The notes under the pieces: model-generated
What the model was told of the DNA's origin: nothing
The model's input: the letters and a program-made list of their open reading frames with translations, nothing else
Databases searched by the model: none
Shown: in pieces, positions 27,309 through 40,244 of the stretch
How positions within the stretch are numbered: position 1 is the stretch's first letter
Layout: each line of letters opens with the position of its first letter
Origin: Tubiluchus corallicola
Taxonomy: Eukaryota > Animalia > Priapulida
Direction of reading: 5' to 3'
DNA: 64,000 bases
Assembly (NCBI GenBank): GCA_030141605.1
Contig: JAQGDQ010000279.1
Span: 124,001-188,000, forward strand
Program-made: the position numbers and the translations under genes

Positions 27309-27396
27309 TGGTAGTGGTAGTGGTAGTGGTAGTGGTAGTGGTAGTGGTAGTGGTAGTGGTAGTGGTAGTGGTAGTGGTAGTGGTAGTAGTAGTAGT
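27140..27396. repeat. Compound (TTA)n-(TAG)n-(TAGTGG)n microsatellite in the channel intron
   Basis: Directly visible. Confidence 0.97.
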
Positions 27397-27487
27397 AAGT
27401 AAGTAACTCAAAATGCTGTTATGGATTTTTGTTTCCTACCTTGCTCAAGTAAAAATCTGATTCATGAAAATGTTCTTCCAACTTCAG

Positions 27488-27950
27488 TTATCATATTTTG
27501 TGGGAGTCCAGCGACACCATAAACTACAATCGGACGCATAAATGGAAGGATTTTGTCAGTGAGTACGACAATGCAATGAATGTAACCGAGTATTTTGAGA
27601 AAAATAGCGATTGGACTGATGAAATGCAAAACAGGTATTCTCTAAAGTCGCTTGTGGATGGTGTAGACGAACTGGCTTGGCTCCATGTGATGTTAGAGAA
27701 TTCCATGATGAAGGAAGTCCACGAGGAAATTATGTACAAAGAGGCAGATCTGGCGGGCGACATGGGTGGATTGTTGGGACTCTATGTCGGCATGTCAGTT
27801 TTGGCAATTTACGAGATTATTGAATTTCTAGTGGACGCGGCCATACTCTTGCTACAGAGATTACCGCAGGCTAGAAACAAAAAAGATGCAAATAATGACA
27901 AAGATGGCGCCCAGGAAAGCGAGTCCTTCCGTTTCATAAGCGTCGCATGA
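27488..27950 (+). CDS. DEG/ENaC channel subunit, exon 2 of 2 (TM2)
   Basis: Acceptor CTTCAG| joins in frame (PCHQTS-YHILWE); TM2 AGDMGGLLGLYVGMSVLAIYEIIEF; AATAAA at ~28119. Confidence 0.92.
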
Positions 27951-29291
27951 GAAATATAAAATTGCGCAACGCGTGTACACAACTGCGCATGCTTTATTCC
28001 CATCGTTGCACTTCCCGGATATCCTGTGTTTTGTATTCTATCCAGATTTCGCATTTTATCGAAATGAATTACAATAAATGGCAATAGATGCAAATTCCTT
28101 TGATAAATGTTTAACACTAATAAACAGCGAGTCAGATATATTTACGAGAGATACTGATAAATTTACGAGAGTTCTGATTTTTGAAGATTTAAGTTTGCCT
28201 ACTACTGTCTAAGAGATCTTTTTTGATTAAAAATACGGCGTATATGCATGCATTATGTATTATTAATCTAATAGTATCCTAAATATAAAGCCTACCATAG
28301 TGTTAAATTTTACTTGTGGTGCACGAACGTATAATGAAAAATGTATGCGAATTTAACTGTTATTTTTACGTGCATTTTATTAAAGCGCATAAAGACTAGA
28401 ACGGCCATGGTGTTTGCTCTGTGACTAAAGTTAAGTCACTCGGAGTCTGTTTCTGGGAAACTGCTTCTGGGTGATTAGATGTTATAACTACTTTTTTTAA
28501 ACAAAACACAACAAAACCGTGCATATGAACCAGAACATGATAGTGATCATGATGTTTGCCATCATAAGTGTCAGGTTCTTAGTTCAAATCTCATGACTTT
28601 TTCACATTTTCTTTTTTCGCGCATGTTTGGTTTCGAAATTCAACAAATTGTAAGTTCATTTCGTCGTTTGTGTCCAACAACAGCCATCATCAGTTTAACG
28701 TTTTTTATCCGGATTCTCATTAGTAAAATTATTCTCCGCAGAAATGTTATTCTCGCCAAATGATTTATCAACATACTTTACTATATCTGGCTTTTTTATA
28801 GTCATTAGATTTTGTAGCCTTCTTTGCCACTCGTAGCCTTTACTAGGGCGTAAAAAGAACATGGCCAATCGCTTCTGAGAAAAAAGTGTCGTAAATAACG
28901 AAAACTATTGCAAACACGTCTGCGTATGGCACAAATCTAAACTTATTCATAGGCTTAATTCAAAATAAATGTTTAATCATCAGACACAGGTGTTTATTGT
29001 GATGTCGTGCAGAGTGCCGGAAAAACCTCATCAGCTGATTACTTACCTGCTTAGCTGTGTGTATGCCCAAACCGACCAATGAGGCGGGTTCTTAATCTCG
29101 TGTCTACCTGCTGTGATTTCACTAATCTCATCACGCGGTTTAATTAGTAGAATATACAGGTATCGATCCGCCCGCTAAATTTTAATAATCAGTTCATTTG
29201 ACATCGATAAATCCATAGTCATCCGCGATTCTTTATGTCACATCAGCTACAGGTAACGCGCTTTCAACCTGTGTTACGCGGCATACTTTAA

Positions 29292-29781
29292 AGGGGAAGA
29301 AAAGGCAATTTTAATGTATGTCCCAAAAACTTTCCAAACAAAATTATATTACTTTGTATTACATTTACCTGCTTGGAAGACTTATGTAACTTGAAAAGAA
29401 AATTCTTAGTAATTTGAAATGTTCGTGCCAGCTGGTAAAACGGCACCGACCCACCTTCCCAGCTTGCATCACTGACTCACCAAAAAACATATTATTAATC
29501 TTATTAACAAGACAAACTAATTTATACTTTTTTCTTGGTTATTAAAGTATGCACAACAATTGTTCTTTTTCATTATTATTATTTTTTAAACTTTGCGCAA
29601 TATTTATATCTAAACTTTTTTCCAACGACCTACCATTAACGGTCATCGCGGGAGTTTAAAGTTACAATTTTATGTAGCGTTGCGGCTAATACAGGCTCCG
29701 TGCGAAATAAAGCAGTATGTATGTGACACAATATTTCAAGAATATTTATAGCTTTATGTAAGTAAAGGGTGTTCTTGTGCT
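29292..29781 (+). mobile_element. Kolobok-like non-autonomous element, TTAA TSD
   Basis: TTAA|AGGGGAAGAAAA...TTCTTGTGCT|TTAA. Confidence 0.75.
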
Positions 29782-30007
29782 TTAACTTGTAAAAGTAAAA
29801 ATTGACTGTTACTTAAAATTAGTGGCACTTGTTGTTCTTATTATTAGTTTTTAGTCGGAGTTGTATCAAGCTCCATTTCACACAAAATATGTGAATCTCG
29901 GAAAAACCTTGTGGCGAAAAAACTTGTCGAAGATAAAACACGTTTTCTTCACACAGTTTTTCAAGACTTCACTTATCCTCTCTTAGTATTTTTGCATTTT
30001 TCTATTT

Positions 30008-30317
30008 TTTCTTTGGCCTGAGGTACACCAAGTGCGGCCTAGCTATTTTCAGTCAGAAGAGAAATATTTTTGTTGCATTTTACACATCAAATCACAAAGG
30101 TCAGGTCAAGGTCAGGTCAAGCTCAAAGTACTACGTGATGCCTTTCGTAATGCATGAGGGTGGGATGTGTGTGGGTGTATGTGTGTGCGCGCGCGTGCGT
30201 GTGCGTGTGCGTGCGCATACGTGTGCGTATGTGTGTGCGTGTGCGCGTGTATCTGGAAAAAATTCACCAAAATCTGAAGGACACTTGCCAGTTGCCTCAA
30301 ACCAAACACAAAAAAAG
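30008..30317. mobile_element. Small inverted-repeat element containing an AGGTCA array and a (GT/GC)n tract
   Basis: Left TTTGGCCTGAGGTACACCAAGTG vs right-end reverse complement TTTGGTTTGAGGCAACTGGCAAGTG. Confidence 0.45.
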
Positions 30318-31319
30318 ATGTTGATTATAAAAAGTTGATACTTTGTTAGGCTCGATTGTGGAGTAGTGTGAGAAACCAGTTAGTATCGTCTATGTAGTAT
30401 TTATTGTATTTGCCGCTTTTTTTAACACGCACAATATTATGTTGTTGAGCAATAATGTTTTGTAGCAATAATTGTCACTTGTTTGTTTACTGGTTTTTAC
30501 TTGTCAGAATACATTAATCACCAAACATCATACGCCAAAATGATCAACAAAGAATGAAAAATAAGGATATGGGACCTACCAGTGTTTTAGTTTCATAAAT
30601 TTATTATAATCAAATATTATTTAATTAAATGCGTCTATTAGTAATGAAGCCGTTAATTATAATTTGAAAAATACTTTTTATTAATGAAGACGTTTTTCAA
30701 AAGTACGTCTTACATACTCGGAAATATCGTTGAATATCGTTGAAATATCGAATACAGTAAGATTAGTCTAAAGCCATTTATTTAAAAGAAGACAGGTATA
30801 TGATTTACCATAATACTCCATTTTCAGGACCGATAAAAAGCATACATTTTAACACAGTTAATATTGCAAAAGGGTTTCTGATAATTAAAGAATTTTTTTA
30901 TATTAAAATATTAATTAATGGCGAGCGAGCCCGTTGACGACATCACAAACTAACATAATTTTCAATATCAAAAACATTCCACGAGCGTGTTGTACGTGTT
31001 TGCGAAAGCGAAAATTGAATTACAGTGCTACTGTAAGATATTCTGTGTGTTGTACTAAAACTAGGCAAGTTTTAAGATAAAAATTCAAATTTCAAATATA
31101 CAACACATTACCACTTCACATTACATCATCCGTAACCTTAAAATAATACATTATTCAGTTTCTGACAATACCACTCACTTTACCTAGGCGAAATGATTGA
31201 AAAGTGGTTGGTATTTCTAATTACTGAATTAGGACAGTACAGTATATATTAAATTTAACTGTACAAACAAGAGGACTCATATGATACCCTGGGTCAAATC
31301 ATTTCTCTCTTTGAGATAA

Positions 31320-31890
31320 ATGGTCTCCGTCAATGGTATTCATTCCAGATCCATAAATGTTACATCAGGAGGTTACGTCCTAGGACCTAATTTACTCCTC
31401 CTCTATATAAAGGATTTCTGTGATTTTCAAACACCTGACGATTTGCCAATGACTCAATTATTTGTAGAGCTGTATGGAGTATTCAAGATAACTACACATT
31501 CAACAAAACGATCCCTCACAGCTATAAGTATGAGGGGAAATTGACTTATGAACTTTAATATTGATAAATGAAGGGTAGGGCCATTACTGAAAAGAAAAAA
31601 CCCTACTTACTTTCCTTATGGCATCGGTGACAAAATCCTCTGTTTCTTCACATCCATACTTGGGCATTGCCATCACAAATGTTCGTTAGAGTGAACTCTG
31701 TCAGGAAATTGCCACTCGTTCAACTAGGACACTCAACATTATTCGCAGAATGCTCCACCCATGTCATTAAGTTAAAGAAAGAGCATATCAAGCCTTGCAC
31801 AGACTGAAACTAGAATACAGTATTGCAACCTGGAACCTTCATACAACCACTGACATCAAAGGCATCGAATAAGTTCAACGAAGTGCTGCA
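31320..31890 (+). mobile_element. Decayed CR1/L2-group LINE reverse transcriptase fragment
   Basis: VTSG-GYVLGPNLLLLYIKD (cf. VPQGSVLGPLLFLLYIND), YLGI, KERAYQAL..LKLEY...W, VQRSAA; frameshifted. Confidence 0.8.
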
Positions 31891-32146
31891 GCTACCTGCA
31901 CCATGTTTGATTTCTCTTGTCCACCTCTAATCAAAACTCCAATGCCATCATCAACTAGTGAGTTGTTTTCCTCATAACGAATCGCATGCAATCTAAACTT
32001 CTATTGTGTCTTTAAAGACTTAGAGGTACATTGTTCAAGATTTCAAGACTTCAAAGCAAATGAGCTATTCTTTATTTTGTCAAAATTTTCTGTAGATTTC
32101 AGTGTCATTGTTACGATTATGGAAGAAAATTATTCCAAAAAGTTAA

Positions 32147-32647
32147 GGGGAAAGAAATAAAAGGGAATATTACAATATGTCTCAAAACTTTCTATACAAA
32201 TTTATATTACTCAGCATCACGCTTAGCTGCTTGAAAGACTCACGTTATTGGAAAAGAAAATTTTTAATAATTTAAAATGTTCGCCCACTTGGTAAAACAG
32301 CACTGCATCGCCATCCCAGTGTACACCACTTGTTCACCAAAAAGAAACATAATGGTTATTGATTTTATTGAGAGGATAAAGTAATTTATGGCTTCGCCTA
32401 ACTGGTGAAAAGTGTGCTACGAATGCTGTGATAATTTTTTCAAACTTCATACGATGTTATCTAAACTTGTTTCAATCAACTTGCCGTCAAAATGGTTGCA
32501 TCTAACGGCTAACAAGGGAGTTTAAATTTGCAAATGATATACAACTTACTGTTAACGAAAGCCCTGTATGCAAAAACATAGCATGCAAATATAAAATTTC
32601 AGGGCGAATTTTTTAAGCTTTAACTATGAAGGGTGTTTTCCTGTGCT
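32147..32647 (+). mobile_element. Kolobok-like non-autonomous element immediately upstream of NGLY1
   Basis: TTAA at 32143-32146 and 32648-32651; family ends and interior. Confidence 0.75.
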
Positions 32648-32755
32648 TTAAACAAATATTGCATATTATGATTTAAACTGAGGTTGTGCGCTTCGGCTGT
32701 AATAGAAATTAAAATTACAAAAATGCCCAAAAGGTGGCGACTACCAGAAACTGTA

Positions 32756-32930
32756 ATGGCAACGTCCATGCAACAAGAGAAAATGAACAACTCAAACATA
32801 TCAGAATCAGTTCTTCGATTAATAAATAATTCGCAAGAAGAATTTTTGTCAGCATCAGAAATTTTGCTGAAACTTGCTAACAATATTTTGCAGAAGCCCG
32901 ACGTCGTGAAATTCAGAACAATACGTCTTG
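32756..32930 (+). CDS. NGLY1: Peptide:N-glycanase exon 1 (PUB domain start); alternative in-frame ATG at 32723
   Basis: NSQEEFLSASEILLKLANNILQKP...KFRTIRL is PUB-like; donor G|GTAGAG, phase 1. Confidence 0.85.
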
Positions 32931-33510
32931 GTAGAGTGCATTCAACTAGTTCTGTAGACTGTAATTACCTAACAGTAGTTTTACAAATTTATTTAAATTT
33001 ATTAAAGTTGTATAGAAGTGCTTTATTAATACTATGTCTGCATATCTACTAAGGAAAACAATTCAGGTCTACACCTTTTGATTACACATTTACTAATTTT
33101 TAGCATAATTTTGGCACAGAAAAGACAATCATTTGAGAAAGTTATTCTCATTCATTCCTCGGTTTTCCTTGTGTTTTTCAAAAGCAACAGCTTTTGGTTT
33201 TCTGTAGTTTTTACAAGTGAATGCATTTAATCAGTTTCAAATTTTTGGCATGTGCAGCTACAAACATGCATTGTCTGTGTTCGTTGTTTTACCAAATAGT
33301 GGTCTAAATGTTAGTTACCAAAACCCAAAATAATAAAAATTGTGATTGGTCAATTGGTTTATCAGCAGGCCTAATGTTTTTCCAAAAAACAGTGTTTGTT
33401 TTTCATTACATTGTCTCAACAACTGAGGTTTTATAATTCCTTTGTCACCACAAATTTCTCAGCAGATGCATCAAAAAAGAAAGTTCACATATATTTAAAT
33501 TTATTTTCAG

Positions 33511-35255
33511 AAAACGACATTGTTCAGAATAAATTACTGCCTGTTTTTGGAGCAATGGAGTGTCTCTTTGAAATGGGCTTTGAAGAAAATGACGATTGCC
33601 TTAAATTACCGGATGGTGCAGACCTGGAGATTCTTCGAAAAATTTGTGACGAAATCACTGCTCAACGACTCGCCGTAGAATCAAAAAATCAGTCTAGATT
33701 GAATCTTGATGAACAAGCAGCAGCTGCAGCTCCTCTCAGCTCTGAAACTAGCAAGTTGGCATCAAATTCTGCTTTGCAAAATGGCACAGCATCAAGAGAG
33801 CGACACTTTAGTAGAAAATTGTCATCATTTAAAAATCAGGTGTTACTGTACGAAGATACTGAATTGCAGAAGTGTGCAAGGGACCTAATGCCTACTGCTA
33901 CTTTATTAAAGAATGCCAAAGATTCCCTAACAGTTGCTTATTCTAGTGGGCAAAATAAAAGGCTGACTATTCGTGACTGTCTCCTTATCGAACTCCTTGC
34001 ATGGTTCAAGGAACAATTCTTTACTTGGATGGACAAACCGTCCTGTCACAGTTGTGGTAGTGAAACCACTGGTGCTGGCATGGCAGTTCCTACTTCTGAC
34101 GATCTTTTCTGGGGAGCTGATAGGGTGGAGTCTTATAGCTGCGTCATTTGTGGAAGAAATGAACGCTTTCCTCGTTACACTCACCCAAAGAAGTTATTAG
34201 AAACGAGATCAGGACGGTGCGGAGAATGGGGAAACTGTTTTACTTTACTGTGCCGTTGTCTAGGTTACGATGCGCGCTTAGTGATCGACTGGTCGGATCA
34301 CGTCTGGACAGAAGTCTTTTCTTTAGGTCAAAAACGATGGCTTCATTGTGACCCTTGTGAGAATAAATGTGACACCCCGTTGCTGTATGAATCCGGATGG
34401 AAAAAGCGGCTTAGTTATGTCATTGCTTTTTCAAAAGACGAAGTACAAGATGTGACATGGCGATATTCCAGTAATCACGCTAAGGTGTTGGAGCGACGGA
34501 AGGAAGTTCGAGAATCGTGGCTGCTTAACATTACAACTGCCATGACCAAATCCTTGCAAACATCGTTCAACCAGGAGCAGCATAAAACATTCGAAACTCG
34601 CAAAGTTGGAGAACTCGTGGAGTTTTTATCACCTCAGACTGCAAAGGACGGAGAATTTGGTGGTAGAATATCGGGTGCACTTGCTTGGAGAAGGTCTAGA
34701 AGGGAAGCTGGAGACCAAGCACATGAGCCTTATGCCTTCTCCCTTACAGAGCAAGAAAAGCAAAGAAAAATTTTCTCGTTGAAGTACTCTGCAGTTCTTG
34801 ATCAATATGTCCGGGATTCCGAGGACGACAGTGTCATCAAGCACTGGAGATCCCATCTTTTTGAGTGTAAAAACATTGTGCGCAAGGTTGAGCATGATTG
34901 GCAGATGGTTTACCTGGCAAGAACTGAAGGAAGTGACGAAGCCAAAATTAGTTGGAAATTTGATTTCAAAGACTCGGGCCTATATATAGATAAAGTAACA
35001 GTTAAACCAATGGGCCTATTTACTTGCGACACTGGACAGGTCATTACCCAAATGTGCACCAGTGAGCAGTGTGTGGTTGGCTTTGGAAAAAATGAGGAAG
35101 TGTATACAGAATTTCGCGGATGCACCGAACTTACGGTAACGGCAAGGTTAAGTGGCGGTAATGGGGAGTGCAAGTGGCAACATGCTCAGTTATTCCGTCA
35201 ATCCCTTAAGGACAATCAGCATTTTCCTTTTGATATCACCATCACATTCTCTTAA
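33511..35255 (+). CDS. NGLY1: Peptide:N-glycanase exon 2 (rest of PUB, transglutaminase-like core, PAW); ~639 aa total
   Basis: Acceptor TTTTCAG|; GAMECLFEMGF; Zn sites CHSC/CVIC; catalytic GRCGEW, DHVWTE, HCDPCE; PAW RKVEHDWQMVYLAR and WQHAQLFRQ. Confidence 0.96.
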
Positions 35256-38137
35256 CTACATATAAGTTTTTACCAATTGTTTTAGTGGCATTGAAAAGTA
35301 TAAAATCGCTTTTGGCGGGATAACAGTAAAATTAAGAGAATTATGGAAAACTTCATACAAACAAGATATATAAATGTGAAATTTTAAGATATCATTAATG
35401 GAAAAATAAAAAAGCATTTTTCAATAATGGTTTTTGTGTTTTGCAAATTTATAATGCAAAGTATGTTGCACCATCTATTGAAAACAAAAAGAAAAAGTAT
35501 GATAGGCTGGTGCTCTTTAATAATACATACTGTTTATATTATACTATTCATACATGTACTTTAATATATGCTTATTTTAGAACAGGTTTAATTTGTATTC
35601 ATTTACAATTTAATGAAATATCAATTTTGCAGCGGCCTGTTATATTTTTGTCTAATTTACCATAGCAATGGCTTTTACACAAATGCTAGAACTTTTTACA
35701 ATCCTTTCCTGGGGGACAATAAGAGATGAACATAAATAGACTTGTTGAAATATGTGTTTCAGTATTAAGTCACTGGGAATAAGTCCTGATTGATGTTTTA
35801 TTCTCCATGCACTCCTTTGGCAGAGGAGACAAATAGTAGCTGATATTGCAGTATATGAATCTTAAGCCCAAATCTTGACGTTAGGAAATTCTTTATCCTT
35901 CAGCGAATTTTGCCTCAATCATTGCAAATTTCTAAGCTCGTAACATCCAAAGCCTCTGTCCCAAATGCGGTATAATACACATACTCACTCACTCGGTGAC
36001 TGGCATGCTTCCAATGTTATTTAACTGTGGGTATGTCTAGTGGGTTTTTGACACTTGTATCTACTAGTATAATTTTATTTACACATAACTGTTGTCTTCA
36101 GCTAATCCAGAATGATGCAAACCAATAAATATCTTTGTAGTATCATAAAAACTGCTTGTGAATTTATGAACTAGGGGATATTATTCAGAACTTAGTACCA
36201 AAAAAACCAGTAAGCCCGATACAATACAGTCATACATCCTGATGCTCAGTGAACATAAAATAAAATTGCATACTTTACACATTCATAAAATAATAGTGAA
36301 ATTATTTGAATATTTACTATGTCTAAAAATGAGAGCTGCTGTGACGCTTGTGTATTCTTTTTAATTTATGAGATCGCTAGTGCTATTTTAATTAAGAGAG
36401 TAGGCCTATTAAGGCAATAAGGAAATTTTTTATTCATATTGACAATATTATGGATCTCTATGATACCAGTTAAAAGTAATACAAGATGATACTTCCTGAT
36501 TAAAGTTATGGTAATAAAATATTTTGATAAAACATTTAAATTTATTTTAATTTTTGTATAATTCTTGTACTCAAAGTAAAAGTAGACAACATGTATGCAA
36601 TTTATTATTTCCATTGCAGCACTTTTCTGAGAGTCAAAGCTTAATCTTGTTATGGAACAAAATCAAAAAACTGCTTCATCTGCAGAAGCAAAGCCTGTGT
36701 GCAATTAGAAGCCATGGAAACATTAGCTACTTTTCAGTTCAAAAGAAGGCACAGTAAGAAAGTGTTGCGGAAATGCGGTAAATGATGACAGATCACGTCT
36801 TTGATGAAGGTTGTCTTTAAAGAAAGTGCGGCCGGCAAACGGAAACCTGAACTCAGTTTTGAATTACATGCACTTTGTTCCACTAGCAGCTGCTCACACC
36901 ATCGTAGGTGTGTGAAAACAGTTAGGAAACAATTGCCTTCATTATGAGACATTATTGCTTCAAAATGATATTTACACAATAAATTAGCCAGTCAAATATT
37001 ACCTACCAGATGCAGATGTTTAATATTTTCTGCTTATCAAGTGAGAGAGTTAATCGTAATTTTGATTAAAGTAAAACCGGACAAAATGTTAAACTGTAAG
37101 TCTAAACAATTTATTCTTTAAAATATTGAAAGGAAACATACTATTTTTTAAAGAATGCCTTACATGGGAAAGAATTATTACCACACAAACGTAATTTCGC
37201 GTTTGCACCAGTAGTTTTTCGCTGTTACATGCATTTCGCCATTCATAGGTTAAATGGGCACTAGTGCGTGCATTTCGGAAAGCGCTGCACAAAAAAAACA
37301 GGTGCTGTACTTCTCAGTTCAGATGTGTTAGTTTGTGACGAACTGCAAACGTTCGACAGGTTATGCATGAGTACAGCGGTAAATTTGAATTTTTATCTTA
37401 AAACTTGTCGAGTTTTTGCACAACTCACTGAATCTCTTACAGTAGCACTGTACTTCAATTTTCGCTTTTGCAAACACGTGCAATACGCTCATGGAATGTC
37501 TCTGATATTAAAAATGATGTTAGTTTGTGATGTCATCAATAGTTTTTAATCTATTATTCAATTATCAGAAACACTTTTGCTGTATTATTGCTGTTAAAAT
37601 GTATACATTTTACCATACATGAAAACAAGACAGTATATGAAAAATCATCCTGTCTTCCTTTAAAACTTAGATAACTCAGAATTCAGAGCTTAGTATCACA
37701 GATTTTTATTGCCCTTCTTTTGAAGTACATAGAGAACCACAAATTCAATCACCATACAATATCACATACTTTAAACAATAACGTGACAAAATTGATGTTA
37801 GGAAACCAATGTGAACTGCTACTTGAGCCTATTCTTAATACAAAACAATTAAATTAAAATGTCTATGCATCCAAAAACCATCAAATGATAAACGAAATGA
37901 AAACCGAGTAATTCATATCAGTCACACTTCATTTTGTTAATATTTATGTTTGTAATCTATCTCAGAACTAGGTCGTATAAATACCACATTAAAATCGACA
38001 AAACGTATCCGAACTACCTATATTCCATATCCTAAAAACAGTGCATAGAAATGTACAAGGCACTGTGTGTAAATTAGTTAGTGCACGAGAATAGTGTAAA
38101 GTTATTGCACGAGAATTCTTCAACTTTAAAGCCTTTG

Positions 38138-38258
38138 CTACCAAAGTCGCCAAGGTGGCTGCTGCATGAGATATTCCGGAATAGCAGTGACATTGATGGG
38201 AATGTTGATGATGGCTACAGGGGATGCCTGCTTCGATAAAACTTCTTGTATTTTATGC
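38138..38258 (-). CDS. PRADC1: Protease-associated domain protein, exon 5 (last)
   Basis: HKIQEVL...AIINIPINVTAIP...QQPPWRLW* matches the PRADC1 C-terminus. Confidence 0.92.
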
Positions 38259-38593
38259 CTAGACGAAATAGGTAAACAACATGTACGTGCAATTTAGAAG
38301 TTACAGGCTAACACACGGTAATTATTACCTAACAGGAACTAAAACAATTAATAAAAAAGTGAGAAGAAAATTGACTGTTTCGATACACAGTCTTCAGACG
38401 AAAAAAATTAGTTGATAAAAGGACAACGCTGTACCTTGGCTTTGAACCCACATCAGTTACCAAGCACTAGCATTGATCTGCCAAAGACTGCCTGCCCTAC
38501 ATTTGATGAAATTTAGAAATGCCTTAATAACAAAAACTTATGCTGTGACACTCCCAGAAAATTAAGGCTTTTTTAAAAGCACTGAAAATGGTA

Positions 38594-39159
38594 CAGTCAA
38601 AACCTTGTTATACCCCCCCCCCCCCGTTATAACCCCAGCCATGTTATAAGGCCAACTTTTGCCCTGCTCTGTCCCGATTTCCATAATGTATTAAATGTAG
38701 GGAATACCGCCATCCGCCAACACATTTGCTGTGCCAAACGACTATTTTATATAAAGAAATTAACCCTGTTATAAATCGTGCCATAGCATGCAAGCTGTTT
38801 TTACCGCTGTATCATCAAGGTCAAGAACATTACGGTTACTCCGATAGGTGAATTCATAATAGTCCAGTAGGCAGAGATATGCATGTCTGAAGTGGCCATT
38901 GGTCAGCATTTTAAGAGCGGTCACATTAATAATGATTTACGTTTTACAAGTCATTAGCAGTGGTTCAGCAATTGTAATGCTACAGTTGCAGTAATATAAA
39001 AATACTATTTGCTGCATATTAAGATTAACCGAGAAGCTAAATTAAAGTTCTACGATGTATTAATTGTCAATATTGGTGAACCTCGCCTTACCGCCAACCC
39101 TGCTGTAACACTCACATTCAGTGGTGTTCCAGACCTGGTGTTATAACAAGGTTTGACTG
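38594..39159. mobile_element. pogo/Tigger-type (Tc1/mariner) MITE, TA TSD
   Basis: TA|CAGTCAAAACCTTGTTATA...TATAACAAGGTTTGACTG|TA. Confidence 0.85.
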
Positions 39160-39694
39160 TACGTGTTAAATTTCGTTCAAACTTACAGGGCAATATGAAG
39201 AAGTTTGTGGTATTCTAACAATTTGTTTGGAAAGGACATAGCTGCCATATCTTTCGTACAACAATAGCGACATTTACGTGCATTTTGTCATATTCTTTAG
39301 TTTTAATGTTATGAGTGATGGTACAAATTAATGGATAATAGAAAATAAGATTTAATTTTGCAACTGGGTATTACAAACAGAAGAAGGATCGGATGCAGAC
39401 CTTGTAAATAAGTTCAATATAATAGGAGAGAGCAGTTACTGTAAATTTTGATACTTAAAAATTATAATGACACACTGCCACTTTGGCTTTAATAATTGTT
39501 GCCACACAGAAACAGTTAAAATTAAAAAAGCCACGATCACTGCTAAAAATAGGCCTAGTCTATCAAGCACATAAAGCAAAACTTAAACTTGTATCACTAT
39601 AAATCATGATATCTGGAACAGCGTGCTTGTATAAATACCTACTATAAAAACAACCTTTTGTGTGAAAAATATGACTAGGCAAATGCAAAGTTAC

Positions 39695-39862
39695 CCGTCT
39701 TTCCCGGCAAGGAAAAAGGCTGGAATGTTTGTTTCTCTTCCCGTTCCGTCTCCAACCATATTAAAAGTTATTCCATCAGTCGAAAGGTCGTTATCCATGA
39801 CTATTATTGCCAATGCGCCGTACGTCTCGGCCATGATGGTTTTGCTGAGAAATGAGCATTCC
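39695..39862 (-). CDS. PRADC1: PRADC1 exon 4
   Basis: ECSFLSKT...GALAIIVMDN...IPAFFLAGKDG; phase 2-2 GT-AG. Confidence 0.93.
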
Positions 39863-40244
39863 CTGTAAAATAAGCCTGATCACAGTAATTATTGCAAGTT
39901 TCGTGTTTTCGTGTTTAAAACGTTGGGTTTCATATTCTCAAAACCACTCCACTGGCTCAAATAAGCAAAAAACTAGTTTGTTTATTTAAAAATTAGAAAA
40001 AAGTAGTAAAATATGATCACAATAAAAGTTATGTTCTAAGTTATGTTCTAAGTATTTCATTTGTTTAAAATTAACTGGCTAAAATTCTGGTAACGTCAGC
40101 AATTAAACAATATTACAGCTATTGTACTGAAATTTAAATCATAAGCAGAAGCTGCCACTTAATTAACAGCAACATAAAAAATTCTACAAACAAATCATTA
40201 ATTATCTGCTTCACTCAACAGATGGCAGCACAAAAACATTAAAT

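Noticed and set aside
27040-27411. Poly-Thr/Asn mucin-like ORF
   Set aside because: Antisense translation of an intronic microsatellite
33396-33510. N-terminal 38 aa of the 619-aa ORF as the NGLY1 start
   Set aside because: TTG start in intron sequence; the PUB domain is completed by splicing from 32930
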